Shown one piece after another: positions 35,918 through 45,887 of a DNA stretch of 45,887 nucleotides. The notes beneath the pieces are model-generated. The model saw only the letters and a list, made by a program, of their open reading frames with translations. It did not search any database and had not been told where the DNA came from. Source of the DNA: Octopus bimaculoides (Eukaryota); NCBI RefSeq assembly GCF_001194135.2, contig NC_068994.1, positions 35,562,043 through 35,607,929 of the forward strand. The letters are read 5' to 3'. The position numbers and the translations under genes are program-made. Each line of letters begins with the position of its first letter. The first letter of the stretch is position 1.

Positions 35918-36320
35918 GATACTATTCAAAAAGAGTGGTCCCGGTGCACGCATTTGCATACTCGCGCATCTGCGCTAGCTAGTCGTGACTAGTCGATCCT
36001 ACAATGACTATCTTGCGCATATGCGCAAAACATGTATGAGGGTTGTTTTTTTTAAACAAAGTAAATAATTTTTTTAAAACAAAGTAAATAAAACACAAAG
36101 TAAATAATTTTTTTTTGTTGAATTTTCCCCATCTTACTCTTAAAACGTTGTTTTACGTTCTTTGTGTAAAAATATTATTTACTTTGTTTAGAAAAAACCC
36201 TCATTACATGTTTTGCGCATGACGCGCACTCGTGCTAGGTAGTTGTAGGATCGACTAATCATGACTCGCTAGCATGGATGCGCGAGTGCGCGCACCGGGA
36301 CCACTCTTCTTGAATAATAC
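35918..36320. mobile_element. 403-bp MITE with ~150-bp TIRs and 8-bp TSD (Mutator-like by structure)
   Basis: TSD cagttcct at 35910-35917 and 36321-36328. TIRs tattcaa(a/g)aagagtggtcccggtgc...gcgcaaaacatgt...aaacaaagtaaataa. CpG-rich. Confidence 0.9.
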
Positions 36321-37087
36321 CAGTTCCTTTGAGAAAGTTCAGCGTACAAGGGAATTTAGGTACCATGAAGTTTTACATAGCCGCATAATTTTCTTTGTGC
36401 TGTTTCATTCCTTTCAAAATTTGGAAACAAGACTTTGTAAGGGGGCCCATGTAAACAAAACTTTGCTTTCAAAGAAATTATCTGAAGTCTTAGACAAAGA
36501 ATAAAAATTTATAAAAAGCAAATAAAACAATTAAGCAAAGCAGTTGGTCAAAGAATTCCCTAGGGAACTAATAGAAAGCAAAATGTATGAAACAGCAGAC
36601 AGCTAATAGGTGCTGATAAAGTGTAACTAAATTTATATACATATTAATGCGCGCGCACACACACACACACACACAGATACACACAAGACTGTCTCCTATT
36701 TATTTTCTTAGGGGACTTTAGCTGGCATTGGGTTGAACCTAGCACTTATTAGCCTCTACACAGAAAGCAATAAACCCACCCACCCTGGAAGCAGATTATA
36801 ATTGACATATATTTGTATATATGTATGACAGAGTGTATGTATGTGTGTGTATGTGGGTATGTATGTGTGCTTGTGTGTAAGTATGAAATGAATGGATAGA
36901 AAAAGAAATAGTTTAACAGAAAGAAGTTCAAATTTGTTTTTTCAATGACTGGAATTAAAGGTGCACGCATGCACACACACACACACACACACATGCACAC
37001 ACACACAAGCACACACAAATACACACACACACACACACACACAAACATACATATATTGGCACTTGTAAACTTCATTATTTCTCTGAG

Positions 37088-37118
37088 GCAGCGCAAACTG
37101 GAGTTTACAAACGACCAA
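37088..37118 (+). CDS. Candidate micro-exon (RQRKLEFTNDQ or AAQTGVYKRP)
   Basis: Pyrimidine tract ttattttctctgag| and donor CAA|GTAAGA. Too short to assign. Confidence 0.12.
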
Positions 37119-37659
37119 GTAAGAAATGTTCTAAAATGTAAATTTTGAATTTAGCTTTAGTTATAAAATTGTATCTAGTTTTTTTCATTCTCACAAGAGT
37201 TAAAAGCATTTTCTTTTGGCTTTTGAATTGCATATATCTTAAAATGTTTTTCATCAAATCAAAACTTTTTCTTTCTTTCTTTTGTCTGTATTTTTCATCC
37301 TTTTGTACCATTCCAATTTGTCAAACTTTTGAAATTACTATAGTGAATAGGTCAGAATAAGTAATTTTAAATTTCTTGTTATTTCCTCCCTAACTGTTTG
37401 AAACTACTACATTGCAAGTATTGCATCATTTATTCTGTGGCATCATTTTTGGGAGTAAAAATTGGTCAGCATAGTTGTTGAAGTTGAGAGAGTTTTGAAA
37501 CACAATCAGGTGACAGGTACTTTTCTTTCAAGAAATTTTTCCTCAAATTTGACTTGATTGTAATTGAGGTTGCAAATTAAATATCTGGATAATTTTTGGT
37601 GTTTAACAATTAATATTCTTTTCTCTGTTGGATTCCATGTCAATTTTTTCCTACACTAA

Positions 37660-38325
37660 TGTCTAATTTGATAATTTTCCATTTTCAAAAACTTATGTCT
37701 AAATTGGGGCAAAACATGTAATGACTAATTTCAATAATGGTAGTTTCAGATCAGAACACCCACATGCTGGATTTTCTCCATTTCGACGGTGATTTTTCCA
37801 ATTTTTTTTTTCACCGTGGTCAAATTTTTTTCACCTCCCTCCCTTCTCCTCCTTACCCCCATCAGGACCAATTTTGGTCAATTTTTTTTTCTAGTATGCT
37901 CTTACAAACGATGGGAGAAGCCTTTATTGTTAAAAAAAAAGTTTACATCTTCAAAGAAAAAGTGTCCGATTTAAAGGAGATTTAGTTGTTTCTAGCACAT
38001 ACTATGATCACCTCTGTCACTATCACATATGTTGATGTTTTTCAGTATTTTGCTCCCATAAATACATTTATGCTATTAAAAAAATAAAAATCTGAAAACT
38101 GATTTTTTCACACCCCATTGTTTCTGTTAAAAAATGAAATTGGAAAAATCTCAGTCAAAACGGAGAAAATTAAACTTATGTGGGGATCCTGATCCAAAAT
38201 TCCCCCTCAATAATTTCATCTCCTTAACTGCATGATGTGTAAATATATTGATTTTCCTTTTTTACCTACAAATTCAGACATCGAAAGTGTATAGAGCAGA
38301 AATAATGCAGACACAAAAGGGTTAA
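37660..38325. mobile_element. Putative non-autonomous DNA transposon remnant with a piggyBac-like right end
   Basis: Ends AAAGGG|TTAA (38322-38325). Imperfect ~70-bp internal inverted repeats at 37742-37810 and 38129-38200. Left end not found. Confidence 0.5.
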
Positions 38326-38574
38326 ATATTTAGTTTTAAGCCATGTCTTGAAGAAGAAAAAATTTAAGGAGATAACGTTCCAAATTTTGTTTTTTATCTC
38401 CTACATAAAAAATGATAATATAAGGTTGTGAGGGTGAATAATACTAATTATCTGGTTTAAAGTTATATCAACTCTTGCAGGTGTAAGTTATAGTTATATA
38501 AAGTTATATCAACTTTATATAAACTGTTATAAAGTTATATCAACCCTTAGTCTCCTGGCAGCCAATATTTTTAG

Positions 38575-38670
38575 ACCCATTCTGCCACTGCTCACAAGGC
38601 TTTAGTTGGCCCAGAATTATAGTAGAAGACTCTTACTCAAGGTACTACACAAAGGGACTGAACATGAAAT
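38575..38670 (-). mobile_element. SINE family A head fragment
   Basis: ctcacaaggctttagttggcc...atagtagaagac...caaggtact...gggactgaac. Confidence 0.65.
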
Positions 38671-39238
38671 TAGATGTGCAGTTTAGTCTAGAGTTAATCT
38701 ACAGCACCCTTTGCCATTTTAGGATTGATGCCACAATATGACATCCTTCTTATGACACATCGATCACAGACAGAAACACATCAAGTAATAGACACTGTTA
38801 GTTCCAACTCATATTTCAGTTTTCTGCTAGCAGAAAATTAGATATTGATATGATATGTCAGTGCTCATATCACCAACTGTAGTTCTCTTGTAAATGCTGC
38901 CAGCAAGAGAAGAACATTGTGTGAGTGACAAATTTTGTTTTGTTTCACTGTATCTAAAGTTTATTGTCATCTGGGAATGACCACAGAAGTCTATGAATGA
39001 AATTTGTTTGCTGAACTTTTCACTGAGTTTCTACTGTTAGAATTTGGTGTCTTTTGTGTAAGCACTATTTAGTTGTGTTTGAATCACCCTCCCGCCAGGC
39101 ATTCAGCTGACATTGACAATGGGCTATGGTGAAGAGGGAAAATAAATTTTTAGAAATATCACATGCAAAACCGTTCTACCACCAGGATAAACAAAACTGC
39201 TGCAGGAATTGTTGCAGAAAATCTCTCATGGCTTAAAC

Positions 39239-39313
39239 CTTCGGCTGTATTCCTCAGATAGGATGTGTAATCCATCAGCTTTTGTTCCACTTCAACACAA
39301 TATATTTTGAAAT
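39239..39313 (-). CDS. Candidate exon DFKIYCVEVEQKLMDYTSYLRNTAE(G) (frame stays open to 39159)
   Basis: Acceptor ggctttctcag|; donor uncertain (AAG|GTTTAA). Unique sequence, product not recognised. Confidence 0.25.
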
Positions 39314-39364
39314 CTGAGAAAGCCACAAGCTCTTTATTCTTGTTGTGGTTGTTATCACCACCAC

Positions 39365-39480
39365 CACTATCATCATCATCATCATCATCATCAACATCAT
39401 CATTTAATGTCTGCTTTCCATGCTGGCATGTGTTGGATGGTTTGAGAGGAGCTAGCAAGCCACAAGAGTGTACCAAGATT
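39365..39480 (-). mobile_element. RTE-type LINE 3' end with (GAT)n tail
   Basis: catcatcatttaatgtctgctttccatgctggcatgtgttggatggtttga is the reverse complement of 43465-43520. Confidence 0.8.
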
Positions 39481-39503
39481 TACTTTCTGCTCTGACATAT
39501 AAG

Positions 39504-40065
39504 ATTAAAAGTTAGTGTTAAGTTCTCAATTCTACTTACTGACCATTTCATCTAAACCCTTCTCTGTGTCTTCTGTCTAGGTATCTTGGCATTTCCCTTC
39601 ATTTTATTTTAGATGTGTCATATTTCTTGTTTGTATTAATAGTAATGATCAACTTGTGATACATGGTACCGTCTGAAAAACTGCCAAGGATAAGTCATAT
39701 TTCTGCAAGAGAGTTTGTTCACATCTTATCATCTGTTTGCTTGATCAGAATTGACCAGGGGTTAAACAACAACAACAACAGCAGCAGCAGCAGCAGCAGT
39801 GTTCGCAGCAGCAAGCTTAAAAGTTAGTGTCAAGATTCAGTGCTAAATTCCACTTCCAAAACCACTTCCTCTAAACTTTTCCCCATATATTCTATCCCTC
39901 TAACATACCCCTTCCCTTCATTTTAGTTCAGGTATGACATTGCTTGGATGTTTCTTGTCTGTTATAAAGATCAACTTATGACATGTTGTGTCATCTGAAA
40001 AAGTGAAATAACTTTGGCAAGAATCAGTCAGATTTCTGCAAGAGAGTTTGTTCTTATCTTATCTT
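39504..40065 (+). repeat. Old diverged local duplication (39504-39730 vs 39817-40065)
   Basis: Shared anchors in the same order: ttaaaagttagtgt, ttcccttcatttta, gatcaactt, tctgaaaaa, atttctgcaagagagtttgttc. Confidence 0.75.
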
Positions 40066-41396
40066 TCGTAACTATTGTTTTGCTAAACAATAAGGTTTTC
40101 CGGATCCATTACCAAAGAGCTTCAGATATTCATGCATGATTCTTATCATATCAGCTGCATAGATTTGTCTATTTTATTCTCTTCTATTCTATTTTTTTCT
40201 CTTATCTAACTCAATTATTAATTGAATTATTAAAGTGTGTTCTATATATATATGTATTACATTCATGTTTGTGTATTATGTTCTGCTTATGTGCATATGC
40301 ACGTACGTCTATGCCTGTATATTTGTGTGCATTTTTGTGTGTAGTGGTGGTGGTGGTGGAAGTGTGACTGTATGCACATATAAGGTACTCTATTTTGCAG
40401 GTGCTTTGCTTGATACTACTTCAAAGCCATACAAATTTTGCTAATGCAATTTACATTTTGATATTGGTAGCTGTCATATCGAGCTTTAAAACATTCATAT
40501 AAATGATATGTCTATGTGTGTGTGTATGTGTTTTTATAAATACTGGTATGTATCTGAATATTAGAAAGCTTCACTGTGAGTATGATATAAGTGTAAACAC
40601 ATTCTTTCTACGCTATGATGTGTGTGTGTGTGTGTGTGTGTGTGGTTTGTGCATGCGCTAGTGTATATCTGTATATGTGTGAGGTGGTTGGAAAAGATGT
40701 AAATGTAAAACATCTGTTTAAATGATGTGTTTATATGTCTTTATATATATATATCTATATATATTTGTACATGTACATTCATTTGCTCATATGTGTATTT
40801 GTGTGTAAAAATAAAAATGTGTGTACATGTATATGCATGACAATATGTATGTAGAGTTGTATAAATATGAATGCATTTGTATGCCCATGCATACACACAT
40901 GCAAGCACACACACACATATAAGCACAGACACACACTTATATATATATAAACACAAATATATATATTTGTGTTTTTGTGTGTGTAAGAGTGTGTCTGTGC
41001 TTATATGTATGTGTGTGTGTGTGTATCCATGAATGTTTGCTTTATAGAGATCTATATATGTGTATTAAGAGTGAATGAATGCATATAAATGAATGTTATG
41101 TGTGTCTGTGAATGTTCGGCATATGTATGTCCATGCATGTGTGTGTTATATGTATGTGAATGCGTGTGTGTGTATGTGTGTGTGTCTGTGCCTGCCTGCC
41201 TGCTTGAGTATCAAAGGAGGTGTATTTCAATGTCATCAATTTAATTTTTATTAACATAAGATTGCGACATCTTTTACAACAAAGTGAGTGTATTTTATTT
41301 CATTTCTCAATAGTTTTTCATCTTGTAATTTATTTTATCTCATTAATTAATTAATTTTACACGTTTATTCGTTTTTGTATTTAACAATTTAGTATT

Positions 41397-41433
<37 letters not shown>

Positions 41434-41697
41434 AATACATTTGCTTGTAAATAATATATATTTGGATATATATGTAATATATGTGTATGTCTTTGTATGT
41501 ATGTTTATAGCAATGTATGTCTACTACACAAGCATCTGTAGCTAAAGATGAATATTTTGCTTTATATGATATTTTCTCTATAATTTTTATATTTTATAAT
41601 GATATATAAAGTACAGTAGAGTTCTTTTACATTCTTCATTATATACACACACACACACGCACACACACACACGCGCACACACACACACACACACACG

Positions 41698-41771
<74 letters not shown>

Positions 41772-41831
41772 CACTCACACACATACATACACATGTACAT
41801 ACATACATACATACATAAATTCATACATACA

Positions 41832-41879
<48 letters not shown>

Positions 41880-42798
41880 CACACACTCACACACATATAC
41901 ATACATACATACACACCATACAGACTGTGATATTTATTGAGTTAAATCTGAAAAGGTGTTGCCTGAAATTCTGTTAGGAGTTTGGAGTCTGCTGTTTGAT
42001 GTTTGTGCAGCTTTCTATGCAGCCACAAAAACTAATTTGTTGATGTTGTTGTTTTCTTGTTGTTCTTATTATTATTTAGTCCAAGTTTGCCCTACTTAGT
42101 AGGCTTAATATTCCAATTGCAGTAGACTATTTCTTTTGACTATGCAGTGTGTAACTTGGACTACATTACTGTAAAAAAGACAAATGGACATAATAGATGC
42201 ACCCCAATTTCAGCAGCACACATTCAGGAAACAGAGTGCAAAGGACAACATTAGTCTATGACTTGCCCAACTTTGCATGTAGGACCTGGGTTGATGTTTT
42301 GAAAAAATGTGCATTTAATATACCATCAAATACAGTATATTGTGTCCTTATCTTTCATTTTAAGATGGCCAGATGAAATTTGATGGAGATTTTGCAGCAA
42401 CTACAAGATATTTTTCCTGTTTTTGTGGTGTTTTGCTTTTTTGGTTTATTTCACTCATCATTCTGTAATCTTAACCATTGCCTGAACCCCTCTTTATCTT
42501 TCTTTCTGAGTCTGTTTATGTCTGTCTCTATCTCACTCTCTCTTTCTCTCTCCCTCTGTCTTCACCTTTCTCTCTTTTCTCCCTCTCTCTTGATTTTTTC
42601 ATTTCCTTATGTTGGTATACACATATATCAGTAGTTATTATCATAAATATCAGTTTTGGTCAAGCCCACTTTTGGTAATTACCTACTCTGAGCCTGTAGA
42701 ATTTACACAAAGCCTTTTCTGTATGGGCTGTCACTATTTTTAATGATTGCACAGCAAAGTTTTCAATGACGTTTCAATATTTCTGTCTCCTCTTGTAG

Positions 42799-42865
42799 AA
42801 TTATGCAGGTGCAAATACTTCTAATGTATTTCAGCAAACTATATAGATGTCTAAGCTTTGCTGAG
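42799..42865 (+). CDS. Candidate 67-bp exon (R)IMQVQILLMYFSKLYRCLSFAE
   Basis: Strong acceptor tttctgtctcctcttgtag| and donor GAG|GTGAGC; one open frame; may be non-coding. Confidence 0.2.
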
Positions 42866-42949
42866 GTGAGCATATGAAATCAAAACATGTCCAAAGTTGC
42901 CTTCTGCTAGAAGGATAATGTCAGTGTACACATACAACAAAGTGTAAAT

Positions 42950-43520
42950 GATTTAAGAGGAAAGCTGGATATAAGAGGCATCAATCAAATGTTGTGTACA
43001 AGAGAAACGACTGTGCTGGTATAGTCATGTGATGTGGATGGATGGGGACAGCTTCTTAAAGAAGTGCTGAGCTCTAATTGTAGAGGGAACCTGTAAAAGG
43101 CGTACACACAAGAAGACATTGGATGAAGTGGTGAGAAAGGTTCTTCAGATGCTTGGCCTCACTGAAGAGATGACAAGGGATTGGGACTTGTGACAATTTG
43201 CTATACTTGCGAAGATACATCAAGCTAAGTAAAATTGCATCCATCAATACATACAGCCATGCCTCCACTCCACCTTCCAGCTAAGAGTTCTTTGTTTTGT
43301 AGGCAGGTGGTGGTGCCACATAAAATGCACTCATGCCAGTGTCATGCAAATGCACCCATGCTGGCAGTACATAAAAAGCACCCAGCAAGTCGTTGACATT
43401 AAGAAGGGCATACAGCCTTAGAAACCATGCCAAAACAGACAAACTCCAACTGGCCACCTCCTGTCAAACCGTCCAACCCATACCAGCATGGAAAACAGAT
43501 GTCAAATGATGATGATAATA
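42950..43520 (+). mobile_element. 5'-truncated RTE-clade LINE: degenerate ORF C-terminus, 3' UTR and (GAT)n tail
   Basis: Translates with stops and shifts to KLDIRGI..VQEKRLCWYSHVMWMD..VEGTCKRRTHKKTLDEVVRKVLQMLGLTEEMTRDWDL*, the RTE C-terminal RL.W.GHV.RM...G.R.RGRP.KTW motif. Confidence 0.88.
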
Positions 43521-43774
43521 ATGAATAGTCATTGACCAAATTTTTTTCACCACATAATTATTTTAATTCAGTTTCTTTAATGAGCACTACATTAAAAATG
43601 TTAACAATGTATCTATCATATTTCACACAGCTGGCTCACCTGACTAATTATCTTATGTTTAAAACACACTTCTAAGTATACTTGAATATCAAACTTTGTT
43701 CATGCATATGTGCAGATGTATGTATCTATGTGTGTGTATATGTATGTGTGCATATATATGTACATGAGTTGTTG

Positions 43775-43960
43775 CAGTTCAGCCCCCAGGTCAATCTTGA
43801 TTAAGCAGACTTATGAAGAAAGGCATTCAACCATGATCCCTGTGGCCCCTTTGCAGGTATAACACTTCTATCACTGAATAATCCAATGTCTACTTCCAAA
43901 TTTTCTTAAAATAGCAGAGGATAATTTGAGGAAAATTTGGCTGCTGTTTTTAGCAGATCA
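43775..43960 (-). mobile_element. Interspersed repeat family D
   Basis: gttgttgcagttcagcccccaggtcaatcttgattaagcagac matches the tail at 22545-22600 reverse-complemented. Confidence 0.55.
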
Positions 43961-44463
43961 AGTGATTAAATTGGCTTATATTTTTCCCTTTGTATGTATG
44001 TGTGTGTGCATGTGGTTATGAGTGTACATGTGATTGTAATAATGTGCTTGAAAAATAAATAATAAAAAGGTTTTAATCAAAGTAACATTTTTCTTTGTTC
44101 TTTCTTTTTTCTAAATTCATTTTTTAAACTGTGTGGTGGTGGTGGGGGTATGCTAATTTTCTTCAAGAATAAAAACACCCAGCAGAGCCAACATCTCAAT
44201 TTATGTCTCCACCCCTCTCTACTCTTCCTTTTATGCTTTCTCTCTCCCCTCTCCCTCTCCCTCCCTCTCTCTTTTGCTTTGCCATACTTTTCTCCATTTT
44301 CACACAGTATTCACTTCTTCCAAATTTTCTCATTAATTTCTCTTTAATTTTCACTCTGTCTTATATCCTTATATGTTCATGCAACTTGTTTGTGTCTTCT
44401 TCTGAGTCTTCTCCCCCATCCTATAACAAGATCTCTCGCCATCTTTCTCTGATAGACATGCAT

Positions 44464-44465
<2 letters not shown>

Positions 44466-44522
<57 letters not shown>

Positions 44523-44571
44523 CATACATACATAAATATATATACACATACATACATAAATATATATATAT

Positions 44572-44620
<49 letters not shown>

Positions 44621-44867
44621 CACACACACACACACATATATACACATATATATAATACATATATACATGCATACACACACAAACACTTATATACATACAC
44701 ACACATGTATGTATGTACAAATGTATAAACGCATACATGTATTCTATGCATATCTGTAATACAATTGTCCTATATAACAGTCAGGCCTTCCAAGATAAAA
44801 AAAATTGAGAACTAATGCCTTACTTATAAGGCAATTTGAATGTGTGTGTGTACATGTGTGTGTATGC

Positions 44868-44934
<67 letters not shown>

Positions 44935-44945
44935 CATACACACAT
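44466..44945. repeat. Compound (TA)n/(CA)n/(TACA)n microsatellites, representative of dozens across the window
   Basis: Directly visible. Similar arrays at e.g. 10100-11420, 12900-13100 (TAGA), 14000-15465, 41390-41920. Confidence 0.95.
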
Positions 44946-45887
44946 ATAAATGGTGATAATATGATAATAAAATATGCATATTAACCACAAGCTTCAGAAA
45001 TCTAACTTTGTGCACGCCATCGTAAACAGTAAAAAGTCATACATATGTGTATGTATGTCTAAAGAACTTGGAGAATAAACACGTTTTTCTTACTCGTACT
45101 GTCCTCTCATCATATATATATCACACACATATATATGAATATATATGTACATACATAGATACCTCACACATGCATGTATATATAAAAATACATATACATG
45201 TGTGGCAGTATAAAAAAAAGATTCTATGAAACTCAAGAACAAAAGAAATGAAACCAAAGATATATGATTAAAAAATAACAATAACAAAAACTCTCCCTCT
45301 CTGTACATAGATACATATGTATGTATGAATATATATATATATGTATATATAAAGAGAGAGGGAGGGAGAAAAGAGAGTAGTGAGAGAGAGATGGATAGAT
45401 AAGTAGATAAATAGCCAGTTGGCTTGCTTGCTAGATAGATACATAGATAGCAATATATAACCCAAATACCCAAATACCCAAGTATATTCAAATTATTATT
45501 CATCAAAAGCTAAAAGGAGAGGAAAAAAGATAACATAAAATAAGATAAAAAATGGAATTGATGAAAAGTATGTAATTGATGGCCGTGTAAACCAACTCTA
45601 ACAAAAAAATTCAAAAACATAAAAATAAAATAAAAAACACAGAAAAAAATGTTATATGAAACAGGTAGGAGATAATCAAAGGATATCATGCAATAAATGG
45701 TAAATTGCAAACATTACATGGATAACAATCAGCAAATGACCTGAACTGAGGTGAAATGATATGGAATGGAATGGTGAATGAAAGAAGCAAATGAACACAT
45801 TTAAAGCTTTTCAGAAATGTATGTATGTATGTATGTATTTATGTATGTATGTATGTACGTAGATGTATATATATATATATATATATA

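Noticed and set aside
43074-43268. 64-aa minus-strand ORF as a host exon
   Set aside because: It is antisense to the degenerate RTE LINE ORF on the plus strand.
316-45506. Dozens of ORFs rich in YIYI, HTHT, VCVC or X
   Set aside because: They are translations of (TA)n, (CA)n and (TG)n microsatellites and N-gaps, which lack stops by construction.

Overview
This is AT-rich, repeat-saturated eukaryotic DNA from a gappy draft assembly, with 12 N-gaps, most of them flanked by (TA)n. The tRNA-SINE families, the RTE-LINE ends with (GAT)n tails and the dense TA/CA/TAGA microsatellites look like an octopus genome; this is an inference from recalled repeat families. No complete gene, tRNA/rRNA gene or CRISPR array can be supported, and almost all ORFs in the track are microsatellite or N-gap artefacts. 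The window holds several SINE families (some nested, tandem or chimeric), RTE-LINE fragments (one with three C2H2 fingers), a long foldback element in two copies, several MITE-like inverted repeats, minisatellites and a few weak candidate exons. The most interesting signals are two hammerhead-ribozyme-like motifs. One is a near-complete minimal type-I fold in a Penelope-like terminal fragment (30739-30774). The other is an intact catalytic core inside a tRNA-headed SINE that shows a TSD-flanked, twin-priming-like inversion (35374-35712). Repeat boundaries are approximate unless stated otherwise.
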